From an uncultured Actinomycetota bacterium (lineage in GTDB: Bacteria; Actinomycetota; Actinomycetes; JACCUZ01): a stretch of 64,000 nt of DNA. The stretch is from assembly GCA_963746175.1 (NCBI GenBank), contig CAVVAH010000008.1, positions 875,701-939,700 of the forward strand, written 5' to 3'. Below the pieces are notes generated by a model. The model worked only from the letters and a program-made list of their open reading frames with translations, did no database searches and was not told the origin of the DNA. The position numbers were made by a program, and so were the translations under genes. Positions within the stretch are counted from its first letter, which is position 1. The number at the start of each line of letters is the position of its first letter. Positions 33,258 to 42,930 of the stretch are shown here, one piece after another.

Positions 33258-34325
33258 GTGACCGCCCCGGACGGACCCGCCGGACGGCCGGCCCGGCTCC
33301 AGGACGTCGCCGCACGTGCCGGGGTGTCGGTGAAGACCGTTTCCAACGTCGTCAACGGCTACGTGCACGTGTCCCGGGACACCCGGGCGCGGGTCGACGC
33401 CGCCCTGGTCGAGCTCGACTACCGCCCCAACCTCGCCGCCCGCAACCTGCGCCGGGGCCGGTCCGGCATCGTCGCGCTCGCCCTGCCCGAGCTCGAGGTG
33501 CCGTACTTCGCCGAGCTGGCCCGGCACGTCGTGGAGGCGGCCCGGCAGCGCGGCTGGACCGTCCTCATCGACCAGACCGACGGCGAGCTGCACCGCGAGC
33601 AGCTGGTGATGGACGGCTACGGCACCCACCTCATGGACGGGCTGATTCTGAGCCCGATCGCGTCCGGAGTGCGCGAGCTCTCGGCCCGGCGGGCCACCAT
33701 CCCGATGGTGCTGCTCGGCGAGCGGATCTACGACGGCCCGGACGACCACGTCTCGATCGACAACGTCGCCGCGGCCACCACCGCAGTGCGGCACCTGCTC
33801 GACCTGGGCCGCCGGCGGGTGGCAGTCGTCGGCCGCCAGTCGCAGCCGTCGGCCCAGACGGCGCGGCTGCGCGAGCAGGGCTACCGGGAGGCGCTCGCCG
33901 CCGCGGGGCTGCCCTTCGACCCGGACCTCGTGGTCTCGACGGCCACCTTCACGCGGCACGAGGGGTCCGCCGCGGTGGACCGGCTGATGGCCCTCGCCGA
34001 GCCGCCGGACGCGATGTTCTGCTTCAACGACCTGCTGGCGCTCGGGGCGCTGCGGCGGCTGCACGAGCTCCGCGCCCGGGTGCCCGGCGACGTGGCCGTG
34101 GTCGGCGTCGACGACATCGAGGACAGCCGCTACGCGACGCCCACCCTCACCACCATCCGGCCGGACAAGGCACGCATCGCGCGGCTGGCCGTGGGACTGC
34201 TGGCCGACCGGATCGGCGATGCCTCGACCGGTGCTGTACGCCCGCCGCGGGAGCTCGAGGCGCCGTACGACCTGGTGGTGAGAGAGTCGGCACCAGCAGC
34301 GCCGCCTGGAGGAACGAGGTTCTGA
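33258..34325 (+). CDS. LacI-family transcriptional regulator (probable arabinose-locus repressor)
   Basis: LQDVAARAGVSVKTVSNVVN HTH, YRPNLAARNL, FCFNDLLALG, VVRES; TACCCT -10 7 nt before GTG. Confidence 0.93.
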   Translation: MTAPDGPAGRPARLQDVAARAGVSVKTVSNVVNGYVHVSRDTRARVDAALVELDYRPNLAARNLRRGRSGIVALALPELEVPYFAELARHVVEAARQRGWTVLIDQTDGELHREQLVMDGYGTHLMDGLILSPIASGVRELSARRATIPMVLLGERIYDGPDDHVSIDNVAAATTAVRHLLDLGRRRVAVVGRQSQPSAQTARLREQGYREALAAAGLPFDPDLVVSTATFTRHEGSAAVDRLMALAEPPDAMFCFNDLLALGALRRLHELRARVPGDVAVVGVDDIEDSRYATPTLTTIRPDKARIARLAVGLLADRIGDASTGAVRPPRELEAPYDLVVRESAPAAPPGGTRF

Positions 34326-35110
34326 TGCGGGCCGTACGGGTGCACGCGCCAGGTGGGATCGAGAACCTCAGCCTGGACGAGGTCGAACCACCACGGCCCG
34401 GTGCCGGCGAGGCCCTGGTCCGTGTCCACGCTGCCGCGATCACCCGGGACGAGCTGGACTGGGTCAGCGACCGTCTCCCGGCGATCCCGTCCTACGAGCT
34501 GTCCGGCGTCGTGGCGGAGGACGCGGCCGGACACCCGGCAGGCGAGGAGGTCTTCGCGCTCACGCCCTTCGATCGTGACGGCGTGGCGGCGGACTACGCG
34601 CTGGTGCCGGTCGACGTACTGGCCGCCAAGCCGCGTTCGTTGAGCCACGTGCAGTCGGCTGCGCTGCCCATGCCGGCGCTCAGCGCCTGGCAGGCACTGA
34701 TGGTCCACGGTCAGCTGCAACCGGGAGAACGGGTCGCGGTCACCGGCGGACACGGCGGTGTCGGCCATCTGGCGACACAGCTGGCCAGGAGCAAGGATGC
34801 GGTGCTCGTTCAGGACGGCCTGGAGTGCGACCTCCTCTTCGACACCGTCGGGGGTGATGCGCTGGCCAGAGCAATACGGCACGCAGGTCGCGTCGTGACC
34901 ATCGCAGCCGAGGCGCCGGGCGCGCACTACTTCATCGTCGAGCCCAGCCGCGACCAGCTGCTCGAGGTGGCGCGCCTCGCCGATGCCGGGGAACTGGCGC
35001 CCCAGATCGACTCGACCTTCCCGCTGCACGAGGCGACGGTGGCGTTCACCCGCATCACGGCTCGCGGGAAGCACGGCAAGGTGGTCCTCGAGGTCAGCGA
35101 GCAACGCTGA
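34325..35110 (+). CDS. NADP-dependent MDR/quinone-oxidoreductase-like protein (short form)
   Basis: LVRVHAAAI, IPSYELSGVV, GGHGGVG, DTVGG, HGKVVL; only 261 aa. Confidence 0.82.
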   Translation: MRAVRVHAPGGIENLSLDEVEPPRPGAGEALVRVHAAAITRDELDWVSDRLPAIPSYELSGVVAEDAAGHPAGEEVFALTPFDRDGVAADYALVPVDVLAAKPRSLSHVQSAALPMPALSAWQALMVHGQLQPGERVAVTGGHGGVGHLATQLARSKDAVLVQDGLECDLLFDTVGGDALARAIRHAGRVVTIAAEAPGAHYFIVEPSRDQLLEVARLADAGELAPQIDSTFPLHEATVAFTRITARGKHGKVVLEVSEQR

Positions 35111-35144
35111 CGTCCGGGCGCGCGACCCTCTGACCGCCGGATGC

Positions 35145-35189
35145 GGGTGGAGCTGAGGGGACTCGAACCCCTGACCCCTCGTTGCGAAC
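35145..35189 (-). repeat. Duplicated 3' half of tRNA-Ala(CGC) (att site)
   Basis: Identical to 46095-46140 except one C missing in the C-run; extends through the anticodon loop. Confidence 0.92.
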
Positions 35190-35572
35190 TCGCGGCAGGG
35201 GGGTCGTTGATGGTCATTCATGCAGGTCAGTGACCCGCAATGGTCTGCACGAGACGCGTTTGGTCGGTGCGGCTGCTGTACTTTGCTGCTGTAGTTCCTG
35301 CCGTCGACGGGGTCAGTTGACAACGGCCGGCGCTGGTGGCCTAGCTCGTTGATCCACACCGACGAACGCCGGCCATGCGGCCGTTCACCGGTGAACCAGG
35401 ACGACGTCATTGATGGTCGGTCTTCACCGACCATCAATAACGTCGTATCAGGCGGTCCGCGGGCGTCCGTGTCAGTCCGCCGGCCGAGTGCTCGGCGGAC
35501 CAGGAGGTGGAGGCCGTCACAGCTGAGATCGTGTCGTTGGCAAGGGCCAAGGTGACCAGCCAGTCTGGATAG

Positions 35573-35737
35573 ATGGCCGGCGAGCAGATCAGTTGCGACC
35601 AGTGCGGCGAGATGATCGTCGGCGAGTTCTGGCTACTCGACGGCGACGGCCGGCGCGTAGAGGAGTCCGATCGGCCGGCGGCGTTCACGCTGCACCCGGA
35701 GTGCCTGGGGCCGTGGCGAGTGGCTCGCGGGGGCTAG
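35573..35737 (+). CDS. 54-aa putative zinc-binding microprotein (CxxC...HxxC)
   Basis: Manual translation MAGEQISCDQCGEMIVGEFWLLDGDGRRVEESDRPAAFTLHPECLGPWRVARGG*; below the ORF-track cutoff. Confidence 0.55.
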   Translation: MAGEQISCDQCGEMIVGEFWLLDGDGRRVEESDRPAAFTLHPECLGPWRVARGG

Positions 35738-35767
35738 TCCGGTCTGCGCCCTGACGATCACGACCGG

Positions 35768-35982
35768 TCAGACGGCCCGGACCTGGGCCCGGACCCGGAC
35801 GTCTGAGTGGCGCTCTTCCACGGCTGCCAGGGCGTCGTCGATGGCCTCCTGCGGCCCCTGCGACTGGCACGGTCCACGTGGTGCCTGACTCGCGACCCTG
35901 GCGTTCCCGGACCTCCACTCCGCGGTCCCGCAGCTCGTCGACCAGGACTCTGGCGAAGTAGGGCGGACCGGTGGACACCACA
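35768..35982 (-). pseudogene. Possible frameshifted small gene
   Basis: Protein-like reading VSTGPPYFARVLVDELRDRGVEV.. switches frame near 35860 to QGPQEAIDDALAAVEERH.. Confidence 0.3.
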
Positions 35983-36319
35983 TCGCGTTCGACGTACTCG
36001 TTGCGCGGAGCTTCCGCCCAGCGGGGGTCGATCAGCGAGGGATGGTTACCGGGCAGCCGACGATCGAGGCCCTGCTTCGCACGCTCCACCTGGTCGCGCT
36101 CCCAACCCAGCAGACCCGGATAGCCGGCCAGCAGCTGGCCGATCGTGCACTGATCGAACCGCTTCGAGCACCGGCATCGACCGCCGTCCAGCTCGCGATG
36201 GTCGACACGGATCTCGATCACATAGCGGAACGCGCGTGGACGGGACTTGAACGCCCGGTCGGCCCTCTCCCGTGCCTCCTCCAACCCCGACGAAGAAGGC
36301 CAGCGGCGGGACGTTCTGC

Positions 36320-36538
36320 GCGGCTGCCGGGCAGCCGAGCCCAGGGCAGCAGCAACGACAGCCCGATGATCATGGCGGCCAGGAGGCCGCCCAGCAGGAA
36401 GACCCCAGACCGGCGCATGTCGGTCAGGGCAAGCACCCCTATCGCACCCAGTGCCGTCAGTGCGAACGGCAGCACTCGAGCCAGCACGCCGGAACCGACC
36501 AGGGGGCCGGCCGAACTCGGGTGATCGGTGGAGGACAC
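36320..36538 (-). pseudogene. Truncated N-terminal membrane segment of a sensor-like protein
   Basis: GGAGAA RBS, GTG 36538, two TM helices (ARVLPFALTALGAIGVLAL; VFLLGGLLAAMIIGLSLLLPW), then loss of protein-like sequence. Confidence 0.35.
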
Positions 36539-36852
36539 AAGGGTGTTCTCCACCCACAGCGCCGACGTGTTGAGGGATTGTGTACGGAGATGTACCGAAC
36601 TCGAGCCGAGGCTTTCCGGTCTCCGCGCCGCCGGCCAGCTCATTCGCTCCCAACGTTCGCGTGCACTGCTCGACGGGCGCCGGAGTGGCGGCCTCTCGGG
36701 CGATCGGGCCGAAAGACATGGTTCACCGGTGGCGGGCCAACGACGGAGACGAGGCACCGGGACCAGTGACGCGCGGCACGAGCACGGTCGCCGTCCCGAC
36801 CTGGTCCGCTGGAGGTCGGGCACGTGATTGCTTGGCGACGCGTTTCCCGGAC

Positions 36853-37395
36853 ATGTCGAAGGACTCTGGACGCCTGTCCGTCGTGACGCTGGCGGCAGCT
36901 GCGCTGATCATCGCCGGATGCAGCGCCGAACCAGCCACCCCTGAAGCCACCGGGCCACGATCACTATCCACAGCAGCAACGCCGCCTTCGCCTTCCGGCG
37001 GAACCCCCGCGCCAGACACGACCGGCTCCCCCACCAGCCTCGGCGTCACCATCACCACCGGGGACAGCGCATTTGGCGCGATCCTGTTCGACTCGGCGGG
37101 CCAGGCCATCTACCTGTTCGACACCGAAACGACCGGCCAGCCCGCGTGCTACGGCGCGTGCGCCAAGGCATGGCCACCGGTCCTCACCTCCGGTGCCCCA
37201 CAGGCAGCCCGCGCGACCCGAGCACAGCACCTGGGCACCACCGAACGCACCGACGGCACGACCCAGGTCACCTACGCCGGGCACCCGCTGTACTACTACG
37301 CGCACGAAGGTCCCGGACAGGTGCTCTGCCACAACGTGCGCGAGTTCGGCGGCCTCTGGCTCGTCGTCACACCCAGCGGCGGGCCCGCCGCCTGA
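36853..37395 (+). CDS. Secreted lipoprotein with Yx(FWY)xxD repeats (COG4315)
   Basis: IIAGC lipobox; GQAIYLFD..CYGACAKAWPP..QVTYAGHPLYYY..GGLWLVV. Confidence 0.85.
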   Translation: MSKDSGRLSVVTLAAAALIIAGCSAEPATPEATGPRSLSTAATPPSPSGGTPAPDTTGSPTSLGVTITTGDSAFGAILFDSAGQAIYLFDTETTGQPACYGACAKAWPPVLTSGAPQAARATRAQHLGTTERTDGTTQVTYAGHPLYYYAHEGPGQVLCHNVREFGGLWLVVTPSGGPAA

Positions 37396-37851
37396 AGTCC
37401 CATCCGCGCATGCCGAGACCCGGGGGGTGGCCATCGACCCTCGGCCGACACACGTGTGCCGCATCCTGCGACACCGGCGCCCTGACCGGGATCCGTGCAT
37501 GAAGGTCGCTCGGGTACGTCCCCCCACCTTTCACCCACCATCAATGGCGTCGTATCAGGCCATCCGTCCGAGTCCGCCGGCTTTCGGTGCGTGGTCATCC
37601 GTGGCGGTGCAACTGCCGCCCCGCCGTCCAACGGCGGCAGTGGCCGCGGGCTTGTATTGATCTTGCTCTCTTGCCGTGGGCGCGTGTCGCGGAGCTGGCT
37701 ACCGGTCGGGAGAGGTAGGCGCGCCTCGAGACCCAGACGGGGCGCCGCTCCTACTGGGCGTGTCCCTGGTCGGCCGCAAGCGCGCTCGTCCGCCGAGGGA
37801 TGGGTGAAGCCGCGGTCAGCCCTGGCCCCGGATTGGCTCTCGCAGTCTTTG

Positions 37852-38295
37852 TCAGTGTCGAGGCATGAGCTCGATCGCCACTGGTCTCCCCGGTGACTCC
37901 GGAACGCAGCAGGTGAGGTCGTTGCGGCACTGCGCCAACGGGGGCTCGGCGTCAAGCGACGCGCGGACCGTGTCGAGCTGGGCGGAGAACTGCTGGAGCT
38001 CGGCGATCCTTTCGGCGATCTCCGCCTGCTTCTGTTCGACCAGCCGGCCGACGCGCTCGTGCGCGGCGCCGCAGTTGGTGCCGGCCCAGATCGGGATCAG
38101 CGCAGTGATCTGCTCGCAGCGCAGCCCCATTCGGCGGGCCCGGGTGATGAACCGCAGTCGGGCTGCCGCGTCGTCGGCATAGTCGCGGTAGCCGGCTGCC
38201 GTGCGAGCCGGAACGGCCATCAGCCCGACCCGTTCGTAGTACCGCACCGTCGAGGTCGGGACCCCCGCGGATTCGGCGAGCTCGGAGATCCGCAC
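37852..38295 (-). CDS. MerR-family regulator with Cys-rich C-terminus
   Basis: RISELAESAGVPTSTVRYYERVGL..GYRDY..LRFITRARRMG; C-terminal QCRNDLTCC. Confidence 0.9.
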   Translation of the reverse strand: MRISELAESAGVPTSTVRYYERVGLMAVPARTAAGYRDYADDAAARLRFITRARRMGLRCEQITALIPIWAGTNCGAAHERVGRLVEQKQAEIAERIAELQQFSAQLDTVRASLDAEPPLAQCRNDLTCCVPESPGRPVAIELMPRH

Positions 38296-38302
38296 ACGCC
38301 CC

Positions 38303-38370
38303 ACGGTAAACCTTGCATCCGGGTGCAGGGTCAAGGTCTTGACTTTGCACCCGAGTGCAAGTTCTACCTT
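38303..38370. promoter_or_regulatory. Back-to-back MerR-type promoters with 20-bp spacers and TGCA dyads
   Basis: + strand TTGACT(38339-44)-20 nt-TACCTT(38365-70) with TTGCAC-CCGA-GTGCAA; - strand TTGACC(38334-29)-20 nt-TACCGT(38308-03) with a related dyad. Confidence 0.78.
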
Positions 38371-38417
38371 CCAGATCGCGACCGGACACTCCGGTCTCCA
38401 GACCCGGGAGGGACGCC

Positions 38418-38774
38418 ATGGGAACCTTCAGCCGCGACAACACCGAGCTCGCCGTCGACATGGACGGGGCCGGCCAGCAGCATCGTGCCGAGGCGGGCGG
38501 GATGACCATCGCCCTCGAGCGATGGAACGCCGGACTCGACACCGCCGAGTGGTTCGCCGACCTGCCCGGCGGCGCCTGCCAGGAGCCGCACTGGGGCTAC
38601 TGCCTCCAGGGCAAGGTGACCATGAGGTACAGCGACGGTGAGACCGAGGTCCTCACCGCCGGCCAGGCCTACTACATCAGGCCCGGCCACAACGCCCACA
38701 TCGACGACGACGCCGAGTTCGTCGAGTTCACCAGGGCCGACCGGACGCCCGGCATCAACACCGTCGAGCTGTAG
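38418..38774 (+). CDS. Small cupin-domain protein
   Basis: LPGGACQEPHWGYCLQG..AGQAYYIRPGH; GGGAGG RBS. Confidence 0.8.
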   Translation: MGTFSRDNTELAVDMDGAGQQHRAEAGGMTIALERWNAGLDTAEWFADLPGGACQEPHWGYCLQGKVTMRYSDGETEVLTAGQAYYIRPGHNAHIDDDAEFVEFTRADRTPGINTVEL

Positions 38775-39001
38775 CCGGGCTTCGACGTCCTCGCCCGCCA
38801 CCATCGAACCGGCACGGCACGCTTGCCGAAATTCGGGCCCGGCGACCAGCCAAGGTTGGGTTTGTGACGTGGTGTTCTGCTTCGAGGTATCTCCGCACCG
38901 CGTCGAGGAGAACATCCCGGCGCCGTTTGTCCCATCGTTGCCATCTGACCCAACCGGAGTGATGCGGGAAGCGCTGCCTCGGCTCGTGCGATGATCCGCG
39001 A

Positions 39002-40657
39002 GTGACCGCACAGGTCCCAGAGCTCGTCGCCGATGGTCGCTCCGCGCTACGTCGCGGCGACGCAGCGACCGCTCGGCTCATCTTCGAACGCGCACCGACC
39101 GAACCAGCATCCGGTGATGTGATCGAGGGGTTGGCCCGCGCCTCCTATCTCGAGCGCGACTATTCGCGGGCCATCGAGGATTGGGAGCGCGCGTACGCCG
39201 CCCACCGCGACGCCGGGGACCTGCTCGGCGCCGTGCGCGTCGCACGGACACTCGCCTACATGCACGGCGCGATCCTCGGCGACGCCGCGGTCATGAGCGG
39301 GTGGCTGGCCCGCGCGACGACGCTGCTGGGGGACGGGAAGTCGCGCGAAGGCGGGTGGGTGACGCTCCAGCGCGGGATGTTCGAGGGCGACCGTGCCCGG
39401 AAGGAACTGCACTTCCGCGCGGCGCTCGAGGTGGCTCGCCGTTTCGGTGACGCTGACTTGGAATTCGGGACGCTCGCGTATCTCGGGGCGAGCCTCGTCC
39501 ATGCTGACCGGACCGAGGAGGGCATGTTGCTGCTCGACGAGGCCCTCGCGGCGGTGGCGGGCAGTGAGGTGGACGACTTCTGTGTCCTGGAGGAGATCTT
39601 CTGCCAGTTGTTCTCGGCTTGCGAGCGGGCGCACGACGTCACGCGCGCGGATCAGTGGATCCGCATCGGTGAGGCGATTGCCGAGCGACGACGGCTGCCG
39701 GCGGTCTCGGCGTTCTGCCGCACGCACTACGGCGGGCTGCTGACCACCGCCGGTCGGTGGCTCGAGGCGGACGTCGCGCTGACCGAAGCCGTCCGGCTCT
39801 GGGGCCTGGGTCAGCGTTACCTGCGCGGCGGTGCACTGGCGCGGTTGGCTGACCTGCGGGTCCGGCAAGGGCGCTTCGAGGAGGCCGAGCAGCTGCTCGA
39901 CGGCATCCACGACGACGTCGACGCCGCCCGTCCGCTCGCGGCCATCCAGCTCGCCAGGGGAGACGTCTCACTCGCCAGAGACACCATCGAGCGCGCCCTG
40001 GACCAATTCGACCCGCTGAGTACGGCAACTGCGCCGCTGGTGAGCCTGCTCGTCGACGTCTATCTCGCCGGCGACCTGCTCGATCAGGCCGAGGTCGCGG
40101 TGGACAGGCTGGTGGCCTGCGCAGCCCGTCACGCGAGCCCCTATCTGCTCGCCGTCGCGGCGCTGGCGCGCGGGCGGCTCAGTCTCGCGACGGGCGTGGG
40201 CGACCCGCAGGCGTGCTTGCGTGAAGCCCTCCTCGGATTTGCCCAGGCCCAGATGCCGATGGAGCTGGCCCACTCCCGGCTCGAACTCGCCAAGGTGCTG
40301 CTCACGGACCGTCCCGAGGTGGCCATGGCCGAAGCGCGGGCCGCGATGGAAGCGTTCGACCGACTTCAGGCGGCCCGCGACGCGGACTCGGCCGCCGCGG
40401 TGTTGCGGTCGCTCGGGGTGCGGACCGCGTCGGCCAGGAAGGGTGGCGGACTACTGACCAAGCGCGAAGCCGAGGTGCTCGACCTGCTGGGCCTCGGGCT
40501 GTCCAACCCGGAAATCTCCGAGCGCCTCTTCATCAGCCGCAAGACCGTCGAGCACCACGTCGGCAACATCCTCGCCAAGCTCGGCCTGCGCAGCCGGGCC
40601 GCGGCCGCCGCCGCAGCCGCGGGCTACGCCGCCCGCTCGAAACAAGGCGCGGAATAG
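39002..40657 (+). CDS. LuxR-family regulator with helical (TPR-like) N-terminal region
   Basis: C-terminal LTKREAEVLDLLGLGLSNPEISERLFISRKTVEHHVGNILAKLG. Confidence 0.88.
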   Translation: MTAQVPELVADGRSALRRGDAATARLIFERAPTEPASGDVIEGLARASYLERDYSRAIEDWERAYAAHRDAGDLLGAVRVARTLAYMHGAILGDAAVMSGWLARATTLLGDGKSREGGWVTLQRGMFEGDRARKELHFRAALEVARRFGDADLEFGTLAYLGASLVHADRTEEGMLLLDEALAAVAGSEVDDFCVLEEIFCQLFSACERAHDVTRADQWIRIGEAIAERRRLPAVSAFCRTHYGGLLTTAGRWLEADVALTEAVRLWGLGQRYLRGGALARLADLRVRQGRFEEAEQLLDGIHDDVDAARPLAAIQLARGDVSLARDTIERALDQFDPLSTATAPLVSLLVDVYLAGDLLDQAEVAVDRLVACAARHASPYLLAVAALARGRLSLATGVGDPQACLREALLGFAQAQMPMELAHSRLELAKVLLTDRPEVAMAEARAAMEAFDRLQAARDADSAAAVLRSLGVRTASARKGGGLLTKREAEVLDLLGLGLSNPEISERLFISRKTVEHHVGNILAKLGLRSRAAAAAAAAGYAARSKQGAE

Positions 40658-40727
40658 GGGAACTCCCCGATCCCGCTACGCCCGGCTCCCGTCATCGTCA
40701 GACCACCGACGAGGTGGAGGACGAGAC

Positions 40728-41948
40728 ATGGACACGACCTACGACGTGATTGTTGTGGGAGCACGATGCGCCGGCGCACCAACCGCGATGCTGCTGGCTC
40801 GCAAGGGATATCACGTGCTGCTGGTCGACCAGGCATCGTTTCCGAGCGACACCCTCTCGACGCACATGATCCATGCGCCGGGCGTGGCCGCGCTGAGCCG
40901 CTGGGGGCTGCTCGACCAGGTAGTTGCCTCCGGGTGCCCGCCGGTCGACACCTACTCGTTCGACTTCGGGCCGTTCACGATCAGGGGCACGCCGCGACCG
41001 CATGACGGCAGCTCCACGGCGTATGCGCCGCGCCGGACGATCCTCGACAAGATCCTCGTCGACGCCGCTGACCGCGGCGGGGTCGAGGTTCGCGAGCGCT
41101 TCACCGTCGACGAGGTGGTCGTCGAAGACGGCGCGGTCGTCGGCGTCCGGGGCCACGGCGAGGACGGCAGGCAGGTGACCGAGAGAGCCCGCGTCGTGGT
41201 CGGCGCCGACGGGCGCAACTCCCACGTCGCGAAGGCCGTGGACATCGAGCAATACCACAACAAGCCGAAACTGCAGTGGAGCTACTACACCTACTGGCGC
41301 GACCTGCCGGTCGACGGTTTCGAGATCTTCGTCCGTCCCGACCGGGGGTGGGCCGCGGTGTCGACGAACGACGGGGTGACCATGCTCGTCGTCGGGTGGC
41401 CGTTCGCCGAGTCGATGGCCTACAAGGCCGACTTCGAGGCCAACTACCTCAAGACCCTCGAGCTCGCGCCCGAGTTCGCCGAGCGAGTCCGCGCCGCGAC
41501 GCGGGTAGAGCGGTTCTACGGCGGGTCAGTCCCGAACTTCTTCCGCAAGCCCTTCGGCTCCGGATGGGCGCTGGTCGGTGACGCTGGCTACAACAAGGAC
41601 CCCATCACCGCCCAGGGGATCAGCGACGCGTTCCGCGACGCGGAGCTCTGCTCCGCGGCCTTGGACGAGACGTTCACCGGCCGGCGCTCGTATGACGAGG
41701 CGATGGCCGACTACCAGCGGACCCGCGACACCCACGTGCTGCCGGTCTTCGAGTTCACGACGCAACTGGCCACACTCGAAGCCCCGCCCGAGCAAATGCA
41801 GCAGCTGCTAGGCGCCGTGCACGGCAACCAGAACGCCATGGACGACTTCGTGAGTCTCACCGCCGGAACCGTGTCGCCGGTCGAGTTCTTCGAGACCGAG
41901 AACATCGGGCAAATCCTCGGCGCCGCCCAGGCGGCGTACGCGACCTGA
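40728..41948 (+). CDS. FAD-dependent oxidoreductase (geranylgeranyl-reductase-like)
   Basis: VIVVGARCAG, VVGADG, LVGDAGYNKDPITAQGISDA; GGAGG RBS. Confidence 0.88.
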   Translation: MDTTYDVIVVGARCAGAPTAMLLARKGYHVLLVDQASFPSDTLSTHMIHAPGVAALSRWGLLDQVVASGCPPVDTYSFDFGPFTIRGTPRPHDGSSTAYAPRRTILDKILVDAADRGGVEVRERFTVDEVVVEDGAVVGVRGHGEDGRQVTERARVVVGADGRNSHVAKAVDIEQYHNKPKLQWSYYTYWRDLPVDGFEIFVRPDRGWAAVSTNDGVTMLVVGWPFAESMAYKADFEANYLKTLELAPEFAERVRAATRVERFYGGSVPNFFRKPFGSGWALVGDAGYNKDPITAQGISDAFRDAELCSAALDETFTGRRSYDEAMADYQRTRDTHVLPVFEFTTQLATLEAPPEQMQQLLGAVHGNQNAMDDFVSLTAGTVSPVEFFETENIGQILGAAQAAYAT

Positions 41949-41960
41949 AGGGAGCAACCA

Positions 41961-42290
41961 ATGAGCCTGTTCGCCGTCATCCGTGAGGCCGGTCCGAGCT
42001 GGACCGAAGGAAAAGGCGCCTTCGAACAGCCCGCGGTGAACGACCACGCAGCCTTCATGAACAAGCTCGCAGAGGATGGCTTCGTGCTGTTCGCCGGCCC
42101 GCTCGCCGGCAGCGAACACGACCGCATCCGAGTGCTTCTGATCGCGGAGGCCGCCAGCGAAACCGACATCCACCGCCGTCTCGCCGACGACCCCTGGCTA
42201 CGCACACAACGACTGGTGACCACGAGCGTCGAGCCGTGGAATCTTCTCGTCGGCGCAGAGCGCCTCGGCGCGCAGCCAGCGGCCTACTGA
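41961..42290 (+). CDS. YciI-like protein
   Basis: HAAFMNKLAEDGFVLFAGPL..LADDPW; AAGGGAG RBS. Confidence 0.75.
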   Translation: MSLFAVIREAGPSWTEGKGAFEQPAVNDHAAFMNKLAEDGFVLFAGPLAGSEHDRIRVLLIAEAASETDIHRRLADDPWLRTQRLVTTSVEPWNLLVGAERLGAQPAAY

Positions 42291-42930
42291 GCTGGAAGTC
42301 AGCTGCCACTGACCCGTGAATGTCCTTTCGTCGCCAGGCGTCAGCACCGGGCCAAGCCCGGTTGGAGTTGGGCATTCCTCGAGGTCTCATGCTCGTTACA
42401 ACGAAGGCACGGGGGGCCTCGTCGACGTTTCCTACGACGGGCACATCGGCGAGTTGTCGGCTGAACCTGGTGGGAAGCTTGCCGCGCTCCGTCAGCCATC
42501 GGCCTTTCCGGGAGGCTTCACCCGAACGCGAAGCGTCCACCGAGGGGGATGCCGATGGCGTATGCATCGGAGGCAGGCCCACCTGTCGGCTTCTTGGCGC
42601 GGTAAGTCCGGCTTCGCCAGGCCGTCGATCGGCCCGGCAGGAGGGTCGATGAAGGTCTTCGCCGAGGTCAGACGGCCGGACGGTGGTCGCCGTCCACAGC
42701 TGCTCCTTCAGGTTCGAGCAGAGCGCTCGGGTCGAGCCGCCGCGGCTCGGCAGCGTCCGGCGACGCCCTCGCCGGGGCGTCGATGATGGTGATCCGCCGT
42801 GGACCGCTCTGGACGGAGTCCCGCCGTACGGGGACGGGCGCAACGGCTCTTCCTCGTCGGCGAAGTCTGCACATCACCGAGGCTTGCCGATCATTCGACT
42901 CGCCAGCGGCCGGTTCGTCGGGTCGAACCT

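Noticed and set aside
42291-42930. Short ORFs between YciI and the hydrolase
   Set aside because: No coherent motif or RBS; probably decayed sequence that cannot be assigned by eye.
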